Source: an uncultured Rhizobiaceae bacterium (GTDB lineage Bacteria > Pseudomonadota > Alphaproteobacteria > UBA828). Taken from it: a stretch of DNA of 56,513 nt. The position numbers and the translations under genes were made by a program. The stretch is from assembly GCA_964427515.1 (NCBI GenBank), contig CAYRUX010000096.1, forward strand, positions 1-56,513, in the 5' to 3' direction. The notes beneath the pieces are model-generated. The model worked only from the letters and a program-made list of their open reading frames with translations, searched no databases and was not told the DNA's origin. Numbering within the stretch: position 1 is the stretch's first letter; every line of letters starts with the position of its first letter. Positions 1 through 9,662 of this stretch are shown piece after piece.

Positions 1-1
1 A

Positions 2-802
2 TATGCTGCAACTGGTGTGAGTATGATTATCGCGCACGCAAGTGGTTATAACAGTGCCGCCGCTGAAATAGCGAAAGAGTTTAGAGTGCCGGTAGCTGTA
101 ACAGAATTGCCGAACTCGTCTACTCCTGGATTAGTCACTAACTATGAACTCAGTGGCGCACCAGGGGCGTATTTAGCTGGGGTTCTTGCCGCTAACATGA
201 CACGGACTGGCTCTCTCGGTATTGTGGTCAGTTCTGAAGTTATAACCTGGAATCTACAGGCCGGTGGATTTGTTCAGGGTGCCCGCTCGGTTAATCCCAA
301 AATCAATATTCATTATGCTGTTATAGGTCATATGGCCTACGAAGACGTTGCAGGCGCTAATCGAGTTACTAAGTCAGTCATAGGTGCGGGGGCAGATATT
401 ATATACGGTATGGGTAATGGAGCTACTTTTGGAATGCTTCAAGCCACCGAAACCACCAAAGCAAAGGATGGGGGCAAAGTCTGGTTTATTGATGTAATTG
501 GTGACAAGAGACAAATAGATAAGGGTCACTTACTTTCCTCAACAGCTTGGAACCTGGCACCAATTTGGACCGCAATGATTAAAGACATTAAGAGCGGCAG
601 TTTCGGTACAAATAGTTATGATCTGAGCCTCAGCGATAATTCCGTAAACCTGCTGAAAACCAAATATATTCCTGAAGATATTTGGCAAAAAGTTGTAACC
701 GCCCGTGATGGCATTTTAAGTGGAAAAATAACGGTCGCTGAAGTAGCAGAGATCGAAGAACTGAAATCTATGATGTCTACCGTGGATAACCCTCAAAATT
801 AG
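2..802 (+). CDS. BMP-family (Med/PnrA-like) ABC transporter substrate-binding protein, C-terminal part; 5' end lies outside the window
   Basis: The frame of ORF 17..802 is open back to the window edge and ends at TAG 800-802. The sequence resembles basic-membrane-protein/nucleoside-binding lipoproteins and is followed by a matching double-ATPase and two permeases. Confidence 0.7.
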   Translation, partial: YAATGVSMIIAHASGYNSAAAEIAKEFRVPVAVTELPNSSTPGLVTNYELSGAPGAYLAGVLAANMTRTGSLGIVVSSEVITWNLQAGGFVQGARSVNPKINIHYAVIGHMAYEDVAGANRVTKSVIGAGADIIYGMGNGATFGMLQATETTKAKDGGKVWFIDVIGDKRQIDKGHLLSSTAWNLAPIWTAMIKDIKSGSFGTNSYDLSLSDNSVNLLKTKYIPEDIWQKVVTARDGILSGKITVAEVAEIEELKSMMSTVDNPQN

Positions 803-948
803 AAATAAAACCGCCTTCCGGCATAACTAGATTTGCATTGAGAAGTGAACTCGTATTTTTAGGTTTAAATCATCCAAGTTAGCTATAAACTAGGTGTTTA
901 GAGCTTGTTCCATGGGATGTAACTTTGAGAATGAAGGGATGTAGGTAA

Positions 949-2538
949 GTGGCAACACCTTGCAATGCTCCCATCGCTGCACTTGTTGAACTTCAGGCGA
1001 TAACCAAGAGTTTTCCTGGAGTAATAGCCAATAAACATATAGATTTGGAAATTTACCCCGGACAAGTCCACGTTTTGCTCGGCGAAAACGGAGCAGGGAA
1101 ATCAACATTAGTTGGTATATTATCAGGGTTGTATCAACCTGATTCGGGCAAAATATTAATTAACGGTAATACTGTTAAAATTACCTCACCGAGAAAAGCT
1201 ATCGAGTTAGGAATTGGAACCGTTCAGCAGCATTCGACCCTTGTGCCAACACTCACAACAATAGAAAATTTAATGTTGGGCCAAGCTTGGCATCAGGGTA
1301 AGAACGCAAATGGCATTAAAACCAAGTTGAAAGCTTTGTGTGCAAAACTTGGCATTTCGATTGACCCTGATATTCCGACTGGAAAATTGGCCTTAGGCCA
1401 ACAACAGCAGGTGGAAATACTCAAAGCTCTTTGGAGGGGTGAGAGGGTCTTGGTCTTAGATGAACCCACCTCTATGCTTACTACAACAGGCATTGACAAT
1501 CTAGGAGCAGTTATACGCCGTTTAGCACAAGACGGAATAACTATTATTTTCATCACACACAAATTGCAAGAAGCTTATGATTTCGGAGACAATATTACTA
1601 TGCTTCGTCGTGGCAAAGTGGTTGGAAGCATAACTTCTGATACATTAAAAAACCTCTCTTTTGAAAAAGCCAGAGATGATATTGTTGAGTTACTATTTAA
1701 CAAATACAGATCTGACAGTATCAATGTAAACAAATTAGACTCTGCTTTCGTTTCAAATAAATTAATTTCTATGAAGGGCTTGGCGAGCCAAACCCTAATG
1801 GTAACAAATTTATCAACGATTGCAGAAAAATCACTACCCTCCCTATCACGCATTACCTTTTCTGTTGAACCAGGAAAAATTTTTGGAATTGCTGGTGTTG
1901 ACGGAAATGGTCAAAAACAACTGGCAGAGACCCTCTCAGGACAACGGCGATCTAGTGCAGGAAGAGTTATGCTAGGTGAAAAAGATATTACTAACCTGAA
2001 TGTCAGCGAACGTCTTGCAATTGGTCTTACATATATAACAGATGATCGGTATGAAGAAGCTACCGTTTCCTCTCTCAACATATCGGCCAATGCTTTAATA
2101 AAACGGATAGGCGAGAAGCCTTTTTGGCGTTGGCATGTGAATCAACACATTGAAATTACTGATTTTACTAATTCATTAATCAAGTTATTTGATGTACGCA
2201 GCACGGGTAGCAATCAACTTTTAGGAACCCTTTCTGGCGGAAACATTCAGAAGGTAGTGTTAGGTAGAGAACTAGTCACAGAGCCCAAGGTAATTATATA
2301 TAACAAACCCACATATGGCCTAGATCTAAGTAATACACAGGAGATCAGAAGACTAATTCGGAAACAGGCGTATGAGGGTGTGGCGACCGTAGTAATATCT
2401 ACTGAATTAGATGAATTATTAGAATTGTGTGATCACATAGGCGTTATGTCCCGTGGAAGTTTAGCTGGAATCATAAAAAATGGTGAGGGTGCAGAAGTCC
2501 AGATCGGAAAACTTATTTTGGACACAGATCTAGAATGA
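949..2538 (+). CDS. ABC transporter ATP-binding protein with two fused ATPase domains (sugar/nucleoside uptake type)
   Basis: Walker A GENGAGKST, Walker B VLVLDEPT, second-domain signature LSGGNIQK. GTG start at 949; about 529 aa, typical of RbsA/RnsB-like proteins. Confidence 0.9.
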   Translation: MATPCNAPIAALVELQAITKSFPGVIANKHIDLEIYPGQVHVLLGENGAGKSTLVGILSGLYQPDSGKILINGNTVKITSPRKAIELGIGTVQQHSTLVPTLTTIENLMLGQAWHQGKNANGIKTKLKALCAKLGISIDPDIPTGKLALGQQQQVEILKALWRGERVLVLDEPTSMLTTTGIDNLGAVIRRLAQDGITIIFITHKLQEAYDFGDNITMLRRGKVVGSITSDTLKNLSFEKARDDIVELLFNKYRSDSINVNKLDSAFVSNKLISMKGLASQTLMVTNLSTIAEKSLPSLSRITFSVEPGKIFGIAGVDGNGQKQLAETLSGQRRSSAGRVMLGEKDITNLNVSERLAIGLTYITDDRYEEATVSSLNISANALIKRIGEKPFWRWHVNQHIEITDFTNSLIKLFDVRSTGSNQLLGTLSGGNIQKVVLGRELVTEPKVIIYNKPTYGLDLSNTQEIRRLIRKQAYEGVATVVISTELDELLELCDHIGVMSRGSLAGIIKNGEGAEVQIGKLILDTDLE

Positions 2539-2607
2539 ACACGCAAAAGCAAATGTGGCGGTCAATCAAAATAGTCTGCTATCTTTGTAATAAAAAGGGC
2601 TATTTCT

Positions 2608-3639
2608 GTGCATAGACCACTTACCATACCCTATTGGATCCGGGCACTTATTCCAATTTTATTGGCTCTATTTTTTACCGGAATCATTCTCCTATGTCTC
2701 GGCAAAGATCCATTCACCTTCTACTGGAATATAATTGACCGTAGCCTCGTAAATTCTTGGGGACTTCAAGACTCCTTAAACCGTATGACACCATTGTTAT
2801 TAATCGGCTCCGCCCTGATTGTATCGTTTAGAGCAGGTATGTGGAATATTGGCCTCGACGGACAGTTCGTTCTATCTGCAGTTTTTACATCCGCAATCGC
2901 ACCCCTAGCATTAAACGTAATGCCTTCACCCTTAGCAATGTTCTGCCTCGTATCTTTGGGAATATTGGTAGCTTTGATATGGTCGATAGGCCCCGCACTT
3001 TTAAAAGCTTACTATCAAATTAATGAAATCATTACGACTTTAATGATGACTTTCCTAGGGGTGCTGCTAAGCGCTCTTTTGGTTAAGACAGTATTCAACG
3101 ATCCAGGGAATCATGTGCATCAAACCATAGGATTCTCTACAGAGGATCGATGGCCATTATTGTTTGGATCTTCAGTACACATCGGATTGATTTTTGCTTT
3201 TATATCAATTTTTGCGATACATTTTATCGTGAGTAAAACCTCCGTTGGGAATAAACTGAGGGTTGTTGGGATTAATCCGAAAGCCGCAGCCCATGCCGGA
3301 CTTTCTGTCCCAAAACTTACAATAGCAGCTTTCACCATTAGTGCTGCTCTTGCCGGGCTTGCAGGAACTATAGAAGTTGCAGGTCGCATTGGCCATGTGA
3401 GAGCTGGCTGGGATCCTCATTACGGCCTTTACATGATCCCTTTCGTTTTTCTAGCAAGATTCAACGGCATCGCCCTGATAGGATTTACTGCATTTTTTGC
3501 AGCATTTTCAATTGGTGGAGAATATGCCGCACGCAAAGCTGGTCTGCCCTCCGTATTCGTTCTAATAATTATAGGTTTAATACTCGTGTTTCTCGCGATA
3601 ACAGAGTATTTAAACCAGAAATTTGAAAATCGACCTTAG
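2608..3639 (+). CDS. ABC transporter permease (BMP/ribose-type, first of two)
   Basis: 343-aa polytopic hydrophobic protein directly after the ATPase. GTG start. Confidence 0.85.
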   Translation: MHRPLTIPYWIRALIPILLALFFTGIILLCLGKDPFTFYWNIIDRSLVNSWGLQDSLNRMTPLLLIGSALIVSFRAGMWNIGLDGQFVLSAVFTSAIAPLALNVMPSPLAMFCLVSLGILVALIWSIGPALLKAYYQINEIITTLMMTFLGVLLSALLVKTVFNDPGNHVHQTIGFSTEDRWPLLFGSSVHIGLIFAFISIFAIHFIVSKTSVGNKLRVVGINPKAAAHAGLSVPKLTIAAFTISAALAGLAGTIEVAGRIGHVRAGWDPHYGLYMIPFVFLARFNGIALIGFTAFFAAFSIGGEYAARKAGLPSVFVLIIIGLILVFLAITEYLNQKFENRP

Positions 3640-3692
3640 CAAACATGCCAAAGATTATTTTATTTGCTCAATTCAATGAAAGATGAACTAAA

Positions 3693-4631
3693 ATGGATGC
3701 TTTGCTGACATCAAGTTTTCTGACAGCCTTTTTAAGCGGTATCTTGATGGTTTGTATTCCGCTTTTATTAGCTAGTTTAGGCGAACAAATATCCGAGAAA
3801 GCAGGGGTTCTCAATTTGGGGCTCGAGGGTATGATGCTGGGAGGAGCCTACACCGGATTCGTATGCACGTTTTACACTGGATCAGTATGGCTAGGTTTTC
3901 TTAGTAGCATTGCCGCCGGATGTTTAATTTCGCTTCTAATGGCTATTCTGTGTATTTATTTATGTCTTAATCAAGTTGTAATAGGAATAGCTATTTTATT
4001 CGCCTTTCAAGGTCTCACAGCATTGCTTTTTTATGCAGATTTTCGAACTACGTATCCTAGACTTGAAGGCGCGAACACAATCGAGATCCCAGTTCTGGCC
4101 GAACTACCGATCGTGGGGCAAAGTTTATTTAACCAACAACCGTTGGTTTACGTGGCATTTATCCTAGTTCCCTGCTTTGCCTGGCTATATGCTAAAACAA
4201 ATATTGGCATTAACCTCCAGGCTGCTGGAGACCGGCCGGCTGCATTGGACGCTAGTGGCGTCAGCGTCCATTTGACAAGAACTTATGCCCTTCTAACTAC
4301 TGGTGCCTTGGCAGGACTAGGTGGCGCATTTATGGCCGAGATCAGTGCTGGGACATTCGTGCCTTTCATGACAAAGGGTCTTGGCTTCATTGCAATAGTA
4401 CTAGCAATGCTGGCAAGAGGTCGACCCGTCTGGATTCTAATTGGAGCGCTCTTTTTTGGATTTGCACTCTCTTTATCAACGGCTTTCCAAGTCGCGGGAA
4501 TTCCGGTGCCGACTGATGCAGCTGAAATGCTACCATTTATTGTCGTATTAATGGTTTTGGTTCTTTTCTGCCGTAGATCGTATTTACCGACTATGTTAGC
4601 GCAGCCGTACCGACGAGGTACATTTGCATAG
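3693..4631 (+). CDS. ABC transporter permease (second of two)
   Basis: 312-aa polytopic membrane protein, last gene of the BMP-ABC operon. Confidence 0.85.
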   Translation: MDALLTSSFLTAFLSGILMVCIPLLLASLGEQISEKAGVLNLGLEGMMLGGAYTGFVCTFYTGSVWLGFLSSIAAGCLISLLMAILCIYLCLNQVVIGIAILFAFQGLTALLFYADFRTTYPRLEGANTIEIPVLAELPIVGQSLFNQQPLVYVAFILVPCFAWLYAKTNIGINLQAAGDRPAALDASGVSVHLTRTYALLTTGALAGLGGAFMAEISAGTFVPFMTKGLGFIAIVLAMLARGRPVWILIGALFFGFALSLSTAFQVAGIPVPTDAAEMLPFIVVLMVLVLFCRRSYLPTMLAQPYRRGTFA

Positions 4632-4634
4632 TTT

Positions 4635-5084
4635 TTAGTTAGTTATGATTAATTTGCCAACATCAGCCTCTGAACAATGAAGTTTATCAGCCAATACACA
4701 GCTTAAGATGAAAACTTCGCCATCCCGTCTCAATTTATCGGCTGCAGTCCAATATTCTAAAAACTCGCCACCTGAGTCATAGGACCGGCAGTGGATTCCC
4801 GATATTGCCATATCAACATTTTTATCATTTTTTATTGTCAAGAGATGATCGGAACCATGAACAGTCAGATGCAACATTTTAAAATTCCCAGCTTTCAATT
4901 TACCAATCTCGTATGAAAACCAGTGCGCTAGATGTAGTTCACAAGTTATAGAATTCCTGACAGAATTGTTCTCAACGAGAAGAATTAAGGATCGTGATTT
5001 ATCCAGTGCAAGGGATATTGTACCCATACAGACTAAACCAATCACAAAGAAAATGATGATAAAACTCGTTAGCACTACTATCAC
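4635..5084 (-). CDS. Hypothetical protein with an N-terminal membrane anchor
   Basis: 149-aa ORF with a GTG start and one N-terminal hydrophobic helix (VVLTSFIIIFFVIGLVCMGTI). No recognisable motif. Its stop lies 3 nt from the convergent permease stop. Confidence 0.4.
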   Translation of the reverse strand: MIVVLTSFIIIFFVIGLVCMGTISLALDKSRSLILLVENNSVRNSITCELHLAHWFSYEIGKLKAGNFKMLHLTVHGSDHLLTIKNDKNVDMAISGIHCRSYDSGGEFLEYWTAADKLRRDGEVFILSCVLADKLHCSEADVGKLIITN

Positions 5085-5193
5085 CAGTCACTAAGTATTA
5101 TCAATACCTCTTGGAGTACCATTGATTTACCTAACACATGGCTGCGTTTAAACAATAGTCGGTATTGTAAATGTAATTAAAAAACGGTCAGAA

Positions 5194-6252
5194 CTAAATC
5201 CCCTGAGCATCTACACCAGAAACCTGCATATCCTTCGGTATAACAATACCTCGTTCCACGATCAGCTCGCCATCCAACCATAGAGAGCATCCCTTAAGGG
5301 GTATATCAAGGTGACACGGCGTATTATTTGTTCCTCCTAGTTCAACATTTGGACCAGTGGAAAACAATACATTTCCATAATAAGCCCGGGCATCCATCCC
5401 CCACCCGCGAATTTCGGGCTCCGCCTTATCCAAATAATCCCATCGCGCCAGCTCATTTAGGCCCCAACCTATATGAGAGATGGCATAGGCATCGGGGTCA
5501 TTAAAACTTGCAATATAATCACTAATTCGTTTAGCACTGTCGCCTGGGCCTTGGATATTTTTTATATAGCCATCTTTAATAGTTAACGTAATTGGATCCT
5601 GCATATACTCCATAAATGGCTGGGCAATGATGTCTCCTTTATCAATCACTACCACCCCATTAACACCATCCTCGAACGCTGATGTGGCCAAAAAACCGGA
5701 AGGCCAGTGATCCCACCTACCAGGTTTGTCCGTATATCCATACTCTGTTAATACTGGAAATTTTCCAAGCTTATACGTAACATCTGTTCCTGCTTCAGAT
5801 GTTATTCGCATTTCCTTAGCTTTTTCCAATCGACGTTCACCTGCTTCCACTCTAGATCTTTGATCTTCATTGGGCAGCAATCGTTTAAGAACGTCAAAAG
5901 GCTCCATTACCAGAAGCATGCGGGTTCCACTATCAGTAATTTCAATCTGCTCTTTTGAAAATAGGAGAAACATCAAGTCGATAACAATATTCGCCTCTTT
6001 TAATTTTTCAATGGCAGGCCTATCTGCTGCTAACGAGGTTTGTCCTGCGTTTTCAAGACCACCTTCTGTCGCCTTTGCTACATCAACTCGGAATGCCGTC
6101 GCTCCGATTTCTTCCGCAGCCGCAAGAAAGGCATTTGCGAATTCACTCCGCTCCCCTCCTTCCGTCAACACTGCCAGAATCTCTTCAGGTCTTAACTTGC
6201 AAAGTTCTAATTCGTGCCTAAACAACGAGATCATTTCTTGATTTTGGCTCAT
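5194..6252 (-). CDS. NicX-like protein (2,5-dihydroxypyridine 5,6-dioxygenase / M29 aminopeptidase-fold family)
   Basis: 352 aa, matching the family size. SHIGWG and TPCHLDIP resemble the His...His-x-Asp iron ligands described for NicX. No other nic genes are nearby. Confidence 0.55.
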   Translation of the reverse strand: MSQNQEMISLFRHELELCKLRPEEILAVLTEGGERSEFANAFLAAAEEIGATAFRVDVAKATEGGLENAGQTSLAADRPAIEKLKEANIVIDLMFLLFSKEQIEITDSGTRMLLVMEPFDVLKRLLPNEDQRSRVEAGERRLEKAKEMRITSEAGTDVTYKLGKFPVLTEYGYTDKPGRWDHWPSGFLATSAFEDGVNGVVVIDKGDIIAQPFMEYMQDPITLTIKDGYIKNIQGPGDSAKRISDYIASFNDPDAYAISHIGWGLNELARWDYLDKAEPEIRGWGMDARAYYGNVLFSTGPNVELGGTNNTPCHLDIPLKGCSLWLDGELIVERGIVIPKDMQVSGVDAQGI

Positions 6253-6472
6253 GTCCTCTCCTTTTCACGCATATCCTTTAGCTAAACCGATATAAATATT
6301 TAATACTCTTAGTCCCACCCCATCAATTGTACGGTAGCTTATATTTGATTAACACTAACTAAAAAGTTCGCCGCATTCCAAGAAAAATAAGCTCCTTAAT
6401 CGACGGTTGATAATATTTAATTGTGTGGAATAAATAATAGACATTTCCTATTTTTCTATTCACGGTTCACCC

Positions 6473-7009
6473 TTAATAAATATTAAATACCTTTAAGCTC
6501 ACTGCGAGCATCAAAACCGCAAGATGTAGTGCGTGATTAAACTCCCCACAGTTTACTGATTTCTGGAGTTCAACGGGAGACATTATTACAGGTTCAACAC
6601 CTGTTTCAGGCTGCCAATCTGCCAATTTTTCATTACACGAGGCAAGGTAACACCAGAGCCGATTCTCTAGCCGCCCGGTATCGGGATCAAGTTTGCCGAG
6701 CGGGGACAATGGCTGGTCTGAATCCCAACCCGTTTCTTCAATAAGTTCTCTACGGGCACCAACAATTGGGTCTAATCCATCATCTAATAACCCTGCCGGA
6801 AGTTCAAGTGTGGTACGTTCCAAAATCGGTCTATATTGACGTACCATAATGATATTACCGTCAGATGTAAGAGGCAAAATGCAAACATAATCACGTGGCT
6901 TTAACGAATGGTAGAAACTTGGTGCAGCACTCGAATCAATCACAATCTTGCGTGTAACAAGTGACACATATGGTGACAATTTATTTTCTGACCGATCAAT
7001 TATTCTCAT
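6473..7009 (-). CDS. NUDIX hydrolase (ADP-ribose pyrophosphatase-like)
   Basis: Nudix box GLLDDGLDPIVGARRELIEETGW. I prefer the ATG at 7009 (MRIIDRSE...) over the longer ORF-track start at 7081. Confidence 0.8.
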   Translation of the reverse strand: MRIIDRSENKLSPYVSLVTRKIVIDSSAAPSFYHSLKPRDYVCILPLTSDGNIIMVRQYRPILERTTLELPAGLLDDGLDPIVGARRELIEETGWDSDQPLSPLGKLDPDTGRLENRLWCYLASCNEKLADWQPETGVEPVIMSPVELQKSVNCGEFNHALHLAVLMLAVSLKVFNIY

Positions 7010-7276
7010 CAAAACAAAGCCTTCTAATAATATTTCAACATTCTTAGCTACAAAGTAGCTATGTTTTTGGCAGATAAACATTAAAACAATTGTTAACTAT
7101 ATAAGTGGAAAATCAGCTCAATAAATTAACTAAACTTAACAATCTATTTAAGGTAATAAACATTTTCTATACATATCAACATGATAGCATAATTTAAGTT
7201 CCTATATTTATTGCAATTCAAACTACCAATAGATATACGGATATTCTGCACAATAAGAAACTGGGAAGCTTCTATA

Positions 7277-8344
7277 ATGAACGCTCTTGATTTACCCACA
7301 GAAGATGGAAAGACAGTCGGTGAAATTGCTCTCCAACCCATACTAGATCAAAACATCAATCTGACGGTTGTAGACGTCGGCGCCAGAGGAGGGATGTATG
7401 ATTTACCTGAAGGCTACACTAAACATGCTCATTGGATCGGATTTGAACCTAACCCTGTCGAACATGAAAAGATCCTTTCCAATAAAACAGACGCTGAAGA
7501 AGCTGGTATACCCCCCCCCAAATGGAAGAGTAAAACGGTGAAACAGGTTGCCCTCTGGAGTGAACCAGAAATTAGAAAACTCTACATTACAAAAAATGTG
7601 GCGCAAAGCTCTCTAATGGGAAACATAAAACCTGAAATGGCTGATCGAATGTTTCTCGATTATGGTGGAAGACTGGGCAAAGGCTTTTCTCCTATTGGCA
7701 TTGCCCCTATGGGCAGCACAGCAATGCAAGTTGTTTCTGAAGAAAACGTAAATTGTGACCGTCTAGACAACATCTTAGATGATAAGGTTACGCTAGATTA
7801 TCTAAAGGTGGATGTTGAAGGTGCAGAAACTAAAGTATTTGAGGGCGGTAAAAATATTTTGAGTTCTGGAAGGGTGCTATTCATTAGAACTGAGTTCTTC
7901 TGTGTGCCATTTTATGACGCGCACCCTTTATTTGGTCATCAGCATGTACTACTGCACAACCATGGTTTTCGGTTGTTAAATTTAGATTTAGGGCCATCTC
8001 GATATACACGATGCAAATCAAAAATACCAAAACTAGTGGACAAGGGTCTCCCGTTTGTAGGCAATGCTTTGTATGCCCTTGACCCAGATCAAAATCAATT
8101 ATCCAACTACAATCTCCAAAGGATAGGATTAGTTGCACTGACCTTTGGTTTAAGATCCTTTGCCTTAAGCGTCTTCCGAGACGCGGGTTTATTGTCCATA
8201 AGTCAACTCGAAAGTGTTGAAAAGTCGTTGTCCCATGTGCCTCTAAGAAGAAAGATACGCAGACATTGGGAAAACTTTCCAGCTTTGTTCGCAGAATTCT
8301 TATACACAGGAAAAATTACCTACCGGGGTCACCATTGGCGCTAA
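7277..8344 (+). CDS. FkbM-family SAM-dependent methyltransferase
   Basis: VVDVGARGG (SAM-binding glycine loop) and LDYLKVDVEGAETKVFEGG, both typical of FkbM/TIGR01444. I prefer the ATG at 7277; the ORF-track start at 7211 is a TTG. Confidence 0.8.
   Translation: MNALDLPTEDGKTVGEIALQPILDQNINLTVVDVGARGGMYDLPEGYTKHAHWIGFEPNPVEHEKILSNKTDAEEAGIPPPKWKSKTVKQVALWSEPEIRKLYITKNVAQSSLMGNIKPEMADRMFLDYGGRLGKGFSPIGIAPMGSTAMQVVSEENVNCDRLDNILDDKVTLDYLKVDVEGAETKVFEGGKNILSSGRVLFIRTEFFCVPFYDAHPLFGHQHVLLHNHGFRLLNLDLGPSRYTRCKSKIPKLVDKGLPFVGNALYALDPDQNQLSNYNLQRIGLVALTFGLRSFALSVFRDAGLLSISQLESVEKSLSHVPLRRKIRRHWENFPALFAEFLYTGKITYRGHHWR
7511..7519 (+). repeat. Homopolymeric C9 tract inside the FkbM methyltransferase coding sequence
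   Basis: Read directly: ata ccc ccc ccc aaa encodes I-P-P-P-K. It is the longest G/C run I found in the window. Confidence 0.9.
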
Positions 8345-8370
8345 AATTCATAACTAAAAACTAGCACACA

Positions 8371-9639
8371 TCATACCCTTATACTCTCTAATTTCTCTAA
8401 TATAACATCTACCACATGATCAACCCTGAATTCTTTTTCCATTGTTTCATAACCTGCAAGACCAATACGGTGCCTAAGCTCTGGGTTTTTCTTTGCTCTC
8501 AAAATCATTTGGGCAATCTCAAAAGGATTTCTCCCTAGAAGGGCATTCTGTTCATGCTTCATTTCAGGCATCGAAAACACAGCATCACTGGCTGCTACAA
8601 CGCAGCAACCAAGAGACCAGGCATGAAGAAAACGTGTATGTGCAGTTTTGTAGCTGCTCATATTGTTAACACACAAAAATACATCGGATTCCATCATTTC
8701 TTTGTCAATATCTACCACGAAACCTCTTATATTTATTTCCGGCTGTCTCAGCAGTTTGTCAACGTGCGGCAAAGGTTTATGACGACCAAAAATATCTATT
8801 TCAAACGAATCTTCCGGTAGCAACTTCCTTAGCTCTGGCACCACATCACGGGCTAAAATTTCCAGCCCCATCGTATTAGCAGATGCAGCCAGACTTCCTA
8901 TGTTTCCAACAATTCGAAATTTTCTTTTCTCCGAGCATAAACTTCGGCGTTTTTTCCATGAATCTCCATAGCGATTGATCCATATATTATTCAGATAAAA
9001 AGCTTTTTTACCTATCTTATCCTTATAATACTCAGCAAAATTTAGACCAATTACGCCTATATAATCCCATTTGTTCATCTCTTGGAGGTGGAAACGTTCG
9101 AGCTGTTTCATTTTCAAATTACGCAGAATTTTCCTTACAACCTGCTCTTGAGAAATGTTAATATACTCTGTCCAAGTCTTGTGAATAATAGGATCTGCAT
9201 TTCCATAGTATGTAAATTTTTTTGCGGGGTATTCAGCATATAAGTGTGTAGTTTGTTCACACCATTGTGTCATGATTGCAGTGGGATTAAATTTTTTTGC
9301 AGCATTGTATGCAATACTCCGATGTTGAGTAATAGGATAGTAGTCCGATAACTTGGGCCTCAATAGGCGCATTATTTTTGTTCTACGATCTCTAAACTTT
9401 GGCAATTTTAGTGGTGCTAAATAGGTTACTCCAATCGACTCTAAATTATTTTGTGCATCTTTCTGAATATCATTCATTTTTTCTGATTCGCCAGACAAAC
9501 TCACCTTTAGATATCCTATTCTTAAACCCTCTCGTTTCGCCAATTCGCTGATAAGCTGATAATTAACAAGAGTTGCTGCTTGAACCGGGCATGCCTCTTC
9601 AGGCCACTGGGTGTTAATGACTAAAATTTTCTCCTTCAT
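8371..9639 (-). CDS. Putative glycosyltransferase (GT-B / group-1-like)
   Basis: 422-aa soluble protein inside the glycan locus with a two-lobed GT-B-like layout. The canonical E-x7-E region is not clearly recognisable, so the assignment is tentative. Confidence 0.5.
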   Translation of the reverse strand: MKEKILVINTQWPEEACPVQAATLVNYQLISELAKREGLRIGYLKVSLSGESEKMNDIQKDAQNNLESIGVTYLAPLKLPKFRDRRTKIMRLLRPKLSDYYPITQHRSIAYNAAKKFNPTAIMTQWCEQTTHLYAEYPAKKFTYYGNADPIIHKTWTEYINISQEQVVRKILRNLKMKQLERFHLQEMNKWDYIGVIGLNFAEYYKDKIGKKAFYLNNIWINRYGDSWKKRRSLCSEKRKFRIVGNIGSLAASANTMGLEILARDVVPELRKLLPEDSFEIDIFGRHKPLPHVDKLLRQPEINIRGFVVDIDKEMMESDVFLCVNNMSSYKTAHTRFLHAWSLGCCVVAASDAVFSMPEMKHEQNALLGRNPFEIAQMILRAKKNPELRHRIGLAGYETMEKEFRVDHVVDVILEKLESIRV

Positions 9640-9662
9640 TATTTTAAGAACCCACTACCTGC

